From: Balamuthia mandrillaris
Taxonomy: Eukaryota
Assembly: GCA_031835245.2 (NCBI GenBank)
Contig: JAVKOQ020000034.1
Span: forward strand, 124,001 to 188,000
Length of the DNA stretch: 64,000 nucleotides
Direction: 5' to 3'
Shown here: piece by piece, positions 52,137 to 64,000 of the stretch
Position numbering within the stretch: position 1 is the stretch's first letter
Layout: each line of letters opens with the position of its first letter
Notes under the pieces: generated by a model
The model's input: only the letters and a program-made list of their open reading frames with translations
Databases searched by the model: none
What the model was told of the DNA's origin: nothing
Position numbers and translations under genes: made by a program

Positions 52137-53831
52137 TTATTGACAAACACAACGCCATGTGCTGCTTTGGCCTCTTTCCTTTGCTGCTGGTGCTGGTGTT
52201 GGCACGGGTGGCTCAAAGAGACCTCTTTCCACCAAGAGAGGAGTCAACTCGGGAATGTAGGCAGGCCGTTGGCACGGCTCTAATCCCACAAAAGGATTCA
52301 GTGTTGCTTCTGCCAGCACCTTTACAGCCTCGTCCACGTTCTCTCCTGTCTTGGCACTGTTGTGTGGGAGAAAGAGTTAAGCAAGCAATGGCATAACCGC
52401 AAGAGAGACGGATAGAAACTGGAGGACCTAGTACGAATGTGAGCAAAGGCCTGCAACCTGACCGCCATTTCTTCAGCCATGGCATCACTCACTTGGCAAG
52501 CATCCTTCTCGTCGCACTTCAGCCCTATCAACATCCTTACTGCCAGTGAGGCGCGTGCAGCTTCTCCCATGGTTTCTAGAAACTGGTTCAGTCGTTCCAA
52601 CCATTGGTTGAGCTCCAGGAAGGAGGTGAGGTCCGTGCTGTCGTAGCAAAAGGCCACTCCATGCTTTCTCTTCAAAAGAAAGGTTGGTAGATTGCGCCAG
52701 CGTTCCGCACCTTCAAAAGAGCAGAGGGTCAATCGAAAATGGAAAAAGAAGAAGAACAAGCAGAAGAAGAAGAACAAGAAGAAGAACAAGAACAAGAAGA
52801 ACAAGAAGAACAAGAAGAACAAGAAGAAGAACAAGAACAAGAAGAAGAAGAAGAACAAGAGAAGAACAAGAAGACCAAGAAGAAGAACAAGAATAAGAAG
52901 AAGAAGAAGAACAAGAGAAGAAGAAGAAGAAGAAGAAGAAGAAGAACAAGAAGAACAAGAAGAACAACAAGAACAACAAGAAGAAGAACGGGAAGAACAA
53001 CAAGAAGAACAAGAACAAGAGCAACAACAACAACAACAAGAACAACAACAACAACAAGAAGAACAAGAAGAATGGCCTACCGCATGGCTCCCAAACCAAA
53101 ACCTACCAGGTAAGGTCAAGCAAGAGTCATCGCCAAAAAAAAAAAGTAAGCAATAACAACTTAGAATGAAGCAATAAAGAACGAACAAGCTCAAGGACAA
53201 ACAACGGGGAGAGAAGTCTTTAAACTACCTTGGCGTTTATCATGTCGTTGGCCAACTTCATTCTCTTCAACAGGAAGTCCAACCCGATGCCACAGTGGTA
53301 CCCTTCGCTAAACCTATCATAGCCAAAACGGTGCACAAACGAGGTCTTCCCCACTCCAGACGAGCCTTCACAACAAGCATCATCAGCCAAACGTCATCTC
53401 ACAGCGTTAGGGTTGGCGACAAAAGGCTAGTTACCGATCAAACTGAGGTTTATCAACAGCTGCTTGTTCTCCTCCTCGTCCTCCGCCTGTAGAGCATGCC
53501 GAGGCTCAGTGGGGTACTGGTAGGACGGACGGCGAGCCAGCCACTCGCTCACGCAACGTCGCATCCACCTCATGTAGCGCCTCTTCCACAAAGCGCCGTC
53601 TCCATTGGCTTCCTCCTCGTCCTGTGCCTGTTGCTCTTGCCAGGAGGGACAGCCCAAGGGCCTCCACAAGAGGTCTTCTCGGCTGACGGCCGCAAAGAGA
53701 CGGCAGACCTGGCTGACGGCACAAAGCTCCTCCATGCTTCCCAGGTGAGAAAAGATCTCCAACAGCATTTCCGGTGGCAGCACTTCCACCGTGCTCGCAG
53801 GCTGCTGCACCGCCGCAAGGAGGCGCAGCAT
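52137..53831 (-). CDS. F-box-Rab-like GTPase fusion with CaaX, paralog 5
   Basis: LPPEMLLEIFSHL; GSSGVGKTS; IGLDF; VLVWEPCG|AERW; LIGLKCD; SAKTGENV; ends WRCVCQ*. Confidence 0.85.
52745..53070. repeat. Intronic (GAA/CAA)n microsatellite
   Basis: Direct inspection; F-box-Rab paralog 5 intron. Confidence 0.9.
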
Positions 53832-53978
53832 GTTGTCCTCTTCAGCGTGTTGTTGCTTTCTCCTCGGAACTCAACCTCAACTTTTGTTTGTTTGCTGCGG
53901 ACCAACTTCTCATTTTCTTTCCATCAGAAGTTTCATGAGCTGAAACCGCACTTCTACTACTATACCAACCAACAATGA

Positions 53979-54019
<41 letters not shown>

Positions 54020-54257
54020 CAGAGACAGAGGAAACGGCGAAGAGAAACGAGTTACCAAACAAGAGAACGAGAAAGATAAGCAGAGAGCATTAAGTGAGGT
54101 ATGAGAAGGAGACGTCAGGGCGATAGCAGGACCGGCAGCCATTCATCCCCAGACGGTTGCTGTGTTGAAGTCATATTATTAATAAAGGAATAATTATTTT
54201 TTAAAAAAAATGAAAGAAAGAAGCGGTGGGCAAAGAAGAGGGAGAAGAAGAAGAAGA

Positions 54258-54901
54258 ATGGCCTCGACAACCGGCACTACGAATGCTACTACTGCAACGC
54301 TGACTGCTCCTCCAAAGCAATTGACCTTGGGGCACATCCCTCCGGAACTATTGCTGGAGGTATTCTCGCACCTCCGCACCATGGAAGACCTCTGCTCGCT
54401 CGGTAGGGTCTGTCGTCTCTTTGCGAACCTCAGCAGAGCGGACTGTTTGTGGCGACCCTTGGGGTGTGCCTCTTGGCAACAAGAAGAAGATGAAAAGGAA
54501 GGGGATGAGAACTTTTGCTGGAAGCAACGGTACATGAGGTGGCTGAATGAGACGCTGCAGGAATGGAAGGCCCGTCGTCCTTTTCTTCAACAAGTGATAA
54601 GAAGAGATGCCGGAGGTCAAGAACAAGTACTTGAACAATATCAACTGCGTTTGAGCCTCGTTGGTAAGTTGGTTTGGAGTCATGACAAATAGCAATGCAG
54701 TTTACTCACTTCAAAAACAAGGACCACATGGCGCAGGCAAGTCATCCTTTCACCGTTGCTTTGAATATGACGACAGTTATATTACGGGTTCACCATATAA
54801 CTACACCACTTTTGAGTTGCAGGTAGCTGATGGTCATAATGCTAAGGTTCGTTGTTACTGTAACTTCAAAATGTAGGATAGGATAGGATAGGATAGGATA
54901 G

Positions 54902-54944
<43 letters not shown>

Positions 54945-55884
54945 AAAGAGAGAGAGAGAGAAGAGAGAAGAGGAGAGGAGAGGACAAAGCAAAACACATG
55001 CTATGTTGCAACTAATGTTATACTTGTTCAGATCTTGCTTTGGAACATCTGTGGTAATGTTTTACATTCGTTGTTTCTGAGTGATTCTTTTGCCTCTTGT
55101 TAACGTTGGTTTTTGTTTCTGTCCGTTCTTCTTTCTTCTTTCATTCTTTCTCTTCATTTTGCATGGTATCTTCTCAGGAGCAAAATTCATACGGAATTCG
55201 CCACCGATGCACTTAATGGCCAAGCACGGCTTACTCATTTGCTACGACAGCACCGACCTCGCCTCCTTCCAGGGGCTGGATGAATGGTTGGCCACTGCGA
55301 ACGAGAGCGCAGAAGTAAGTGAGAAGTACAGGCAAGTGGCAAGGTTGTTGGTTGCCTGCAAGTGCGATCAGCAGGAAGCATGTCAGGTTAGCGAGGAGAT
55401 GGCAGAAGAGATGGCCGCTAAATGGGGCGCTTTTGCCCACATTCGCACAAGGTTTTGCTCCTCTCGCTTCTTGTTTTCTTTATTCTCTGCTGGTTCTCTT
55501 CTGTTTGTTTTTGTTTTTGTTTCAACTTTCTTCTTCTCTTCTGCTTCTCTCGTCTTGTCATCTCCGGCTCTGCTGTTTTTGCTGCTCTGCTTTTATTGAT
55601 TATCTTTTGTTTCTCTGCTTCATTGCTTCTTAACTCTGGTTCATCATCGTTTTTCTTTGCAAAAAAAAAAAAAAAAAAAAAATAGCACTAAGACAAGAGA
55701 GAATGTGCAACAGGCCGTAAGAATGTTGGTTGAAGCCACTCTAGATCCGTTTGCTAGACTGCCACCAACCCAACGACCAAACTACATGCCTTCTCTGCAC
55801 AGCCTTAAAAAACCAGTTGGTAGTTCTGATCAGCGGCCGAATCACTCTCCGAAACCATCCAGTTCGCGATGCCTGTGTCAATAA
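54258..55884 (+). CDS. F-box-Rab-like GTPase fusion with CaaX, paralog 6
   Basis: IPPELLLEVFSHL; GPHGAGKSS; ILLWNICG|AKFI; LVACKCD; STKTRENV; ends RCLCQ*. Confidence 0.85.
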
Positions 55885-56033
55885 AAAAGTTCATGAGCTG
55901 CTATGAACCGAATCGAAGGCAGCTGCGTGGGTGTGCTTATTTATTGCTTGGATGAAACGAAGGAGGAGTGCAGGACCACGCGAGTTCCTCGCTTCGTTGA
56001 AACAAAATAAAACCAAAAATAACCAAAAAGAAG

Positions 56034-56106
56034 TGCCCCCAGCCGGGTTTGAACCAGCGACCTTTAGATCTTCAGTCTAACGCTCTACCAGCTGAGCTAT
56101 AGGGGC
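56034..56106 (-). tRNA. trnF-GAA: tRNA-Phe (GAA), no intron
   Basis: Reverse complement GCCCCTATAGCTCAGCTGGTAGAGCGTTAGACTGAAGATCTAAAGGTCGCTGGTTCAAACCCGGCTGGGGGCA folds as a 73-nt cloverleaf with anticodon GAA, followed by T-runs. Confidence 0.95.
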
Positions 56107-56602
56107 TTGTTGTTGATAGAGGGAAGCAAAGTCGTGAATGGGAGCGGTCCATTCCCAGAGCGGGTCGCCGTTGCCCCGGTTTGCGAAAAGCAGACGCTGG
56201 GGTTTTTTTTGTTGTCGTGGTGAGGGTTGGCATTTGCACTAGGGGTTATATCAACACCTCCTGGTTCGCCTTTGCGTTTTTCACAAAACCATAGCGCGCG
56301 AGAACTATCATGCCACATGAGTTTGATTTTTTTTTTTTGATCTTTTTGGCGGTGTTTCCTCTTCTCGGGGGCGGTATTTTACTTCTCTCTCGTTCCCTTT
56401 CAACCTTTCAGGTCGTCACAAAAAGGATGTGTGTCGACACAAAAACAAGTGTCGACAGTTAATACAACTATTAACGGTCGACAAATACTTCACTTCTACG
56501 GTATTTATTGCCGAGACAGAGAGAAATAGTGCTTTCGGCCGTGAGGGAAAACAAGCAAGCAAAAAAAAAAATCTTTAAAGTTGTTGTTAAACAAGAAGCA
56601 AA

Positions 56603-56994
56603 ATGGCGGTGAGTGTTTTATAAAAAAATTGGCAAAATAATAATCCTGAACCTTCTGACCATCTCATTTGATCACAGAACGAGGTGGAAAGATTACAAGA
56701 AGCATTTTACAATTTTGACGAAGACCAAGACGGCCTTCTTTCGATCACCGACCTTCGATTCATCGTGGAAAACAACGGCGAGCTTATGCCCGACGTTCGT
56801 TATCTCTCTCTACTGCTGCCTGCGTTTTTTTTTTGTTTTGGTTTTTAGTGTAGCGATCTCTTACTTTCTTTTGTTCTCTCTTTTTTGTTTTCAAAAAGGT
56901 GGAAGAGTTCTTGGCGGAAGCTATGCAATTCGATGTGGGCGGTGGCATGATTGACTACAAAGCCTTTGCGGCGATGATGATGAGCGAAGAGTAG
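56603..56994 (+). CDS. Single-lobe calmodulin-like EF-hand protein (myosin-I light-chain-like)
   Basis: MA|NEVERLQEAFYNFDEDQDGLLSITDLRFIVENNGELMPD|VEEFLAEAMQFDVGGGMIDYKAFAAMMMSEE* (~72 aa). Confidence 0.8.
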
Positions 56995-57224
56995 TCAAAC
57001 CCACCGTTCTTTCCCTTTTTTTTAAATATGTTTTTGCACAGCCGAACTCCTCTTCTTTCTGTATTTTTTATTCAGCCGTTTTAACACAGCTTTCTTTGCA
57101 GCATTTGTTTCTTTTTCCTCTTCATGCCATCTCTTCTCTCTTCTCTCTTGCGCGCCTTATGTGCTCTCCTTTCTCGCCTTGAAGCAACTCGCTCATAAGT
57201 GTGTAACCCTCCTTATTCGCTTTG

Positions 57225-60165
57225 TTAAGCTTCATTTCGTTCCCGCCATCGCAGCAGCGAGGCAACAACCTCGGGCGTGACGGAGGGGGTGCTCTCTTGT
57301 AACGCTTCATCCACGTCCCCCCACTCTATCTTCTGATGATCCCTTTGCAGGGCAAGGAGGGCAGCTTTCCGGCAAACATTCTGCAAGTCAGCTCCGGTGA
57401 ACCCTTCCGTTCGCTCCACCACGGACGCCAAGTTATGGAGCACGCTAGGACAAACGCGCTCACCACTGCCGCCAAAGAACAATGAAAGAATGTTGGCGCG
57501 AGAAGAGGCATCTGGCGGGCCGACGTAGATGCAACGCTCGAACCGTCCGGGGCGAAGGAAGCTCTCGTCGATGGCTTCGGGGCAGTTGGTGGCGGCGATG
57601 ACGATCACTCGTGCGTCGGCTGCAGCGTATTGTTCCCTCCCTTTGGCCTTTCTGTCATGCGATTCACTGTTCATCATGTCCATTTCCAAAAGTAATTGGG
57701 AGATCATCTAAGGAAAGAAAAAAAGAGAAGGTTTAACTTGAGAAGACGAGAGAAAGGGAACGAGAGAGAACGAGAGAGAGAGAGAGAGAGAGAAAAACGA
57801 GAGAGAGAGAGAAGAAGGTAGCGAACCATTTTGGTGGAGGAACCACCAGAAGAGCGGCTGCCAAAGATGGCTTGAATTTCATCAAAGAAGAGGATGCAAG
57901 GACTGCTGGATTTGGCTTTACGAAAGATCTCTGCCAACATCTTCTCCGACTCTCCCACGTAGCTCTGCACTAGATCCACTATGTTTACTGGTAAAAAGTT
58001 GGCATGGCACTCGGAAGCTACCGCCGAGCAAAGCAACGTCTTTCCTGTCCCAGGTGGTCCGTATCTATAATTATTTTGAAAAAGCAATTAAGAACAGGAA
58101 AGAGGCAGAAGAAAGAGAAAAGCAGAGAAGCTTGGCAGAACGAGACAAGAGAGAAGCAGAGGAGAGAGAACAGTACAAAAGAATGCCAGTGGGAGGATCT
58201 ATGCCAAGTCGGAAATACGCATCTCGGCGTTCATAGGCCCAGGTCACAGCCTCTTGAAGCTGTTCCTTGGCTTCGTGCATTCCGCCAACGTCATTCCAGC
58301 TTACTCGAGGAATCGACGCAGCAAGTTTTCCCAAAGTAGACGGACGGTGTCGTTGGAGCACAATAGCGAAATCACTTTCCTCCACTGTCGCTTTCTTTCC
58401 GTTTTCCTTTGATTTTTGTCCAATGTCAGCCACCCAGAGAGAGAGAGAGAGAGAGAGAGAGAATTGTACCCAACACCGCTGAACGGCGTTTAAGACTGCG
58501 TCCGTGCAAACCGCTATCACATCTCCTCCTATCCATTGTCACTCATTAGATGGAAAAGAGCATAAACCTGCAGAGAAAAAAGATTATACCGGTGAAGCCA
58601 TGACACCTATCGCTGATGGTGTGGAGGGAAAGGCTCTGGCTGAGAGAAACGGGAACGCCTGCTGTTGAGGAAGAGCAATAACGTCGCATGCAACCTCTAA
58701 AGATAGTCCTCCGTTGCATTGGCGTAGGTATGTCCACTTCAATCTCATCCTATTTTAAGAAAGTGAGAAAACACACAAAAATACAGAATGTACATGACAG
58801 TGAGAGAGTGAAAGGAGAACCTCAAAATAGTTACGAACACGAGGATGAAGCTGCTTTAGCCGACTAGTAACAACGACCTACTCGTGAAGTCAGCATCATA
58901 GTGAACAAAAGATGAGAGAGAGAGAGAGAGTACCAAAAGAACAAGAGAGTTGGAGGATGCGAGCTCCTCAGCAAGAGATAGAAAAACAGAAGTGGCTTCG
59001 TGTGACGAGGCCTCCTCTTCTGCATCTGCAGCATCCATTTTTGGGAATATAATATCGGCATCATCCACTAATACTGTTTATTAAATGGCAATGTGAGAAC
59101 GAGCAGAAGAAAACGCGAGAGAAAGGAACAACACTAGAGAGAGATAGAGAGGAAGAGAGAGAGGAAGAGAGAGAGAGAGAGATGAAAGTACGAATGGAAG
59201 GCTGAAGCCTTCGAGCAAGTTCAAAATAGTGACGAAGAGCTGTTCCTTTGGGCTGTCCTGGAAAAGTAAGGGAGAGGGTGCCAGCAGAGACAGATATCAC
59301 TTCTGCATCTGCCCCCACAGCTAGACCGTGCACCATTGTTGTCTATTCGAATGCAAAAGATTGCGGAATTAGGAGGAAGAACAAGAAAGAGAGAGAAGGA
59401 AAAGCACCTTGCCAGTAGCAGGAGGGCCATGTAATAGGACGCCACGAGACTGTTGAAGGCCCCATTGCTTTGCTAACGACGGTTGCACGAGCGAATAACA
59501 TATTATCACTCTCAGCCTAGTTTGTGTTTGAAACATAAAATAATCAATTCGTTTGCTTCTTCATTTCGTACCAGAGTGAGAGAGAGAGAGAGAGAGAGAG
59601 AAGCGAAGGTAAGGAGTGTACATTTCTCGTGCCTCATTATCTTCCTCCTCCACTTTGTTGAGATCATCATCACTACTTTCGTTCTTTCGTTTCTCGTGTC
59701 CCGGTTGCGAATCCAAGCCGTTCTCATCATCTCTTTCTTCCTCTTCTGCTTCGTCTCTTTCATGCTTTTGCTTCTCCTGTCCGGGTAGTAAATCATCACC
59801 TTCTCCTTCTTCTTCATATCCATTTTCCTGTTTACAATATGGACGAAGCGAGACTAGACCAACATCTTCTGCAGCACGTTGTCGAAAGGAGTCCTCCTCC
59901 ACACTCCGAAACGTTACTGTGGTATCCTCGGTCACCGCTCCCCATTTTCTTAGCAGTCCATTCTCCTCTCCTCCTCGTGGCCTATAACAGCTGCATCGAA
60001 ACATTCCTCGTTCATTGCCGCCAAACGGCAAAGAGACTAGTTCTCCGTCTCTCAGCACTCTTTTCCTTTGCAGCAACCATCGAATCATTGACAACGAAGA
60101 GGAGGAGGAAGGAGCAGTTGCTGATGATAATGACGATAAAAGAGAGAAAGAAGAAGAAGAAGAAG

Positions 60166-60196
<31 letters not shown>

Positions 60197-60943
60197 GGGT
60201 GTGTTGTTGCTGTTGTTGTTCGAAGAGAGAGGAAAAGGGCCTGTCAAAGTGACCCGTTGCCACTCGCGAAGGAGAAACCCTGGTATCACCTTGGCCCTTG
60301 CTCTTATTCTCGTGTGCTTCGTGTTTGTATCGTTTTTGGCAGAGCAGAAGAAAAAAGAGAAGGGGGAGGAAGCGGAAGATGAAGAAGAAGAAGCGTGCAG
60401 AGGATGAGAAAGGTCTTCTTTTGTGGGTTGTAACAGCGTGACCTTTTCAGCCTCACTGCTTGTGTCCGGTGGTGAAGATGAAGCAAAAGCGGAAGGAGAA
60501 ACTTGCAAAGGAACCAAAAGGGTCTCTGCTTGTTCCTCGGCTTCTTGTTGGAGCAAAAGAAAGTCGTGGTGCGATCGGACCGGGCCATGCTGAAGCGCAA
60601 GAGCCTCCGGTAGCAACGCCACCGGTTGGTATGCTTCCCCGATGGCCCTCACACCGGCATCCTCCAAAGCGGAGCCGCTGCCATAAGCGAATTGCTTGAG
60701 CGAGGGAGATTGGCTTCCCTCTCGCGAAGGAGAGGAGTGAGAGAAGAAGGAAGAGGAGGCAGCACGAAAGGGACTGTTGTTGGCGCTTCTGGGTTTTTGT
60801 TGTTGCTGCTGCTGTTTCTTCTTCTTTAGGCGACGCTGCATGCGAGCCTCCCAACCGGGCTTGTCCTCCACGCGCACCCCCACCGCAAACCATCTCCCAT
60901 GGCTCTCTTCCATCTCTCTTCTCTCTCCTTTCACCTCAGTCAT
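57225..60943 (-). CDS. Double AAA+ ATPase of the CDC48/AFG2 group with a divergent D1
   Basis: D1 GVLLHGPPATGK|TT and MDDAD (Walker B Glu absent); D2 [32 protein letters not shown]. Confidence 0.8.
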
Positions 60944-61169
60944 GACGACCTGAAAATAATTTCATGTCGACATGATCTAAACTGTGAACAAGGGACGCTG
61001 TTTCGTGTCGACTCGACAAAAAGAGGGGAAAGATTAGTTTAGGTTTGAAGGTCCGACCGTTGTTGTTCTTCTTAATCTTCTTCATCCTTCTTCTTCTTCC
61101 TCTTCTTCTTCTTCTTTAAAACAGGTAATTGGTGTCATCATTCGCGGCTTTGTGGGCATGGAAAACCAT

Positions 61170-61529
61170 CTATTCAGCGTCCTCCATTTTGGCGCGCTTT
61201 CCCACGCCGGTGGCCAAGCTGAACATGGCATAAGCGGCCAGGCCAGCAGATACGTAACGAATGTATTTGAGTGCGTTCATTGTCTTAACGTCGGAGAGAC
61301 CGATGATGGTGGAAGTGCGACCCAAACCCTGGAAAACAAAGTCGAAAAAAAAAAGGGTCAAGGGGCAAAAAAAAAATAAATATGAGGAAGATTTGAAATT
61401 GTTAAAAAAAAATAAAATAAAAGATCTTACGGCTTGAATGTGGCTGAGGTGCAAATTGTTCTTCTGGAGTTTTGCTCTGGGGTAGCCCTCCGCGTTGAAG
61501 GTGGTGAGTGTCTTCAAAAAGTCGCCCAT
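61170..61529 (-). CDS. Small single-TM protein, possibly a mitochondrial respiratory-complex accessory subunit
   Basis: MGDFLKTLTTFNAEGYPRAKLQKNNLHLSHIQA|GLGRTSTIIG...YVSAGLAAYAMFSLATGVGKRAKMEDAE*. Confidence 0.55.
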   Translation of the reverse strand: MGDFLKTLTTFNAEGYPRAKLQKNNLHLSHIQAVRSFILFFFNNFKSSSYLFFFCPLTLFFFDFVFQGLGRTSTIIGLSDVKTMNALKYIRYVSAGLAAYAMFSLATGVGKRAKMEDAE

Positions 61530-61761
61530 TGTTTGCGCTATGCGTGTTGTGCACTTTGACTCTTGTTTTGCTCTTGTTTTTTTTTTTCCCCTTGCTACTT
61601 TTTTTTGTTCCCATGTCGACAACACCATATTTTGTCGACATTCGCCCTCAAGACCCCTCAGTCAAATCATGACGTCCCGAAAGGAGCAGTGATCAATCAA
61701 TTTCATGACGACACGAACAGAAAAAACTAAGAAAGAAAAGCGAAAGACAAGAGAAGGAGAG

Positions 61762-62526
61762 ATGTCGAAAGACCTTGTGCTGCAGCAGTTGCAGCACCTC
61801 GAAGAACAACACAAGAAACGGGAATGGGAGAGAAAGCGAAAGCAACAGAGCCTCCGCAAGAACGAGGAGGACGATTTTACGCTCTCTTCCTCCTCCTCCG
61901 AAGATGAGTCGGCGGAACAGAAGCGAACCACAGCCCAACAACAACAAGCGAACGCGGCAAGAGCGCGGCAACGAAAGAAGCAAAGGAGAGATAAACGAAA
62001 GACACACCCCGCGAAGAAGGTGTTCACCGTACGCGAAGAAGAAGGAACCATCACAAAGTATGGTTCCGTCGGGCTTATCGGTAAGCGATCCTGCTTTTTC
62101 GTTACTTCCTTCCCTCTCGCTCCCTCATCTTCTCTTCTCTCTCACTCTCTCACTCTCTCACTCTCTCTTCCGCTATTTCTTTCACTGCATATCTGACTGC
62201 ATAAAAATAGAGCAACTTCACAAAGAGAAGGCGCACAAGAACAAGGACAAAACGCGAAGCAACATGGCCTACCTCCGAAAGGATTTGCAATTCAAAGACC
62301 CTACCATCTCCACCGAAGAGGAAATCCAAAAGGTAACGTTGTTGCTTCGCCGACCTCTCGCTTTGTTCCCTCGTTCTTGGCTTCTGTTCTTCTCTTCATA
62401 TGTCACTCTCTCTCTCTCTCTCTCGTTCAGTTTTAAAAAAAAAAAAAAAAAGAGTCATTCATCTCATCCATTCTCCTCAACATACAGATTTTAGAACGGA
62501 GGCAGAAGGTCTTACGGAAGAAGTAG
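61762..62526 (+). CDS. Small basic coiled-coil protein, possibly nucleolar, 3 exons
   Basis: MSKDLVLQQLQHLEEQHKKREWERKRKQQ...GLI|EQLHKEK...EEEIQK|ILERRQKVLRKK*. Confidence 0.6.
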
Positions 62527-62655
62527 CCCTATCTTCTTATCAACAAATAAACAAACAACGAAAACCTACAATACTAAACTTCAGTTCTTGTTCTTCTTGT
62601 TCTCTTTCTCTTCTTCTTCTTTCATTCTGTTTCTCATCGTTGTCAAACCATTTCT

Positions 62656-63676
62656 TCAGCTGTGGTGGTGAAGACTTTGGAGACGGTAACTCTTTCCATT
62701 CCAATGCAGTGTACATTGAGCCGATGGAGGCTCTTCTTCGTTTGCTTTCTCGCCGCCAGAGGAAGAAGCGGAGCCAGTCTCACTCATCATGTGGATGTTA
62801 GCACTCAGTTCCATGGCTAAGCTCGTGCTTAGCAGACCCACACCACCTACCTGCAGCACCATCACAAGTCAACCACGAAGAAACAGCAGCAGGACAACAA
62901 GAAGAGGAGATTGACAGAGAAGGTTGAGGAGAAGACAAACTGGAGCGGGATGATAGAGCCGTTCATTCGGTCCGACGACAACACCTGCAACGAGAGCAAA
63001 GTAACGGCGATGAGAATGTGAAACAACTAGGAGAGTACGTGGGTCATTTACGTTCAGGTCGGAAAGGAACTCGCAGAGAGGAGGCATAGACGAGCTCGTG
63101 TTCCACCTCTCCCTCCTCGCCACTCCTTTTGGGAGGTGCTTCTCCCCCTCCCCCTGCTCCTGCTTCGTTTGTGGCTCTCCCTCGAGCCAAAGAATGAAAG
63201 ACGACAGGTTTGTCAGCCGCTCTGACGTAGTTCAACTCCTGGCCACAGGGTGACACGAAAGCAAAGAGAGGCAAGTGCCTGCCTTTTCCCACGCTCTCCT
63301 CCGTGTTGTCCCTCAGCCGGCGGTAAAAAAAGTCCAAGAAGCGAGCCTCGCGCAGGAAGGTGGGGTCGTTCTGGCGGGGGAGCTTGCCCGCTGTGGGACG
63401 CTCGCCGATGCAGTAGAGGCGACCTACCAGGTTGACGTAGTAGAAGTACTCTCGTGTGGGAAAAGGGGAGGAGGAGGCAGCAGAGGGCTCGAGCGAGGAT
63501 GGTGTGCGGTTGGAAGGGGGTGGGAAAGACGAACAAAAAGAGCGTCGTCGAGAGAGAAGAGTGGAAGGTGAGCGCGAGGGGAAAGGAGGGGAGCGGGTGA
63601 TGGGTGAACCAAAGCAGCGGCGGCGTGCACACGGTTGGCACGCCAAGGCAGAAGGACGCCAGGCTGCAACCTGCAT
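62656..63676 (-). CDS. UPF0598 / C8orf82-like protein with predicted mitochondrial presequence
   Basis: REYFYYVNLVGRLY...FLDFFYRRLRDN...FVSPCGQELNYVRAADKPVVFHSL...LYHPAP|VGGVGLLSTSLAMELS. Confidence 0.75.
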
Positions 63677-64000
63677 CCTGTGGTTTGTTCCTCCTCCTCA
63701 CAATGACGACACGAAGCCCCTTCCGGGATTAAAAAAACGGAACTAACCGCTGCATTCCACGAAAGCTGCGACGGGTATTTTGTCAGCAGCTAGACAGAGA
63801 TCCCCCCATCATCATTGCTTGCCGCTTGCTCCCTCGGGCCGCTACCTTGTAGCCCCCGCAAGGTAGACATATAAACATTGAGGAGTCATGTATTTTTGGG
63901 CCCACAGAGGCAAAGGGGAAAAGCGTGACGTGTAATCTTGGTTATGTCTGCTCCTGCGGGCTTACGGCCGCTACCAAGACCGAAAACCCAACACAAAAAC

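Overview
Gene-dense, intron-rich eukaryotic DNA. By inference it comes from a free-living amoeba (Amoebozoa, Balamuthia-like): GT-AG introns filled with microsatellites, very short intergenic gaps, ERMES Mdm12, RasGEF, and a giant-virus-style ankyrin gene. About 30 protein genes and one tRNA-Phe(GAA) can be assembled by eye. Housekeeping genes include PDCD7/U11-U12-59K, Mdm12, Tim10, TMEM42, a RING E3, a TBC GAP, a DnaJ-thioredoxin, two double-ring AAA ATPases, glutaminyl cyclase and EF-hand proteins. The standout is an expanding F-box island in two clusters (26.2-32.4 kb and 47.1-55.9 kb). It holds six paralogous genes fusing an N-terminal F-box to an atypical Rab-like GTPase domain (catalytic Gln lost, G4 = CKCD/LKCD) with a C-terminal CaaX-like motif (CVCQ/CLCQ/CLSQ). 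These are interleaved with F-box-SPRY and F-box-ankyrin genes, relic fragments and one frameshifted copy. Also notable: a palindromic GTCGAC motif concentrated just upstream of gene starts, and an archaeal-type PAC2/Pba protein ending in an HbYX motif (MYG). Exon boundaries were read manually and are approximate; no database searches were run.
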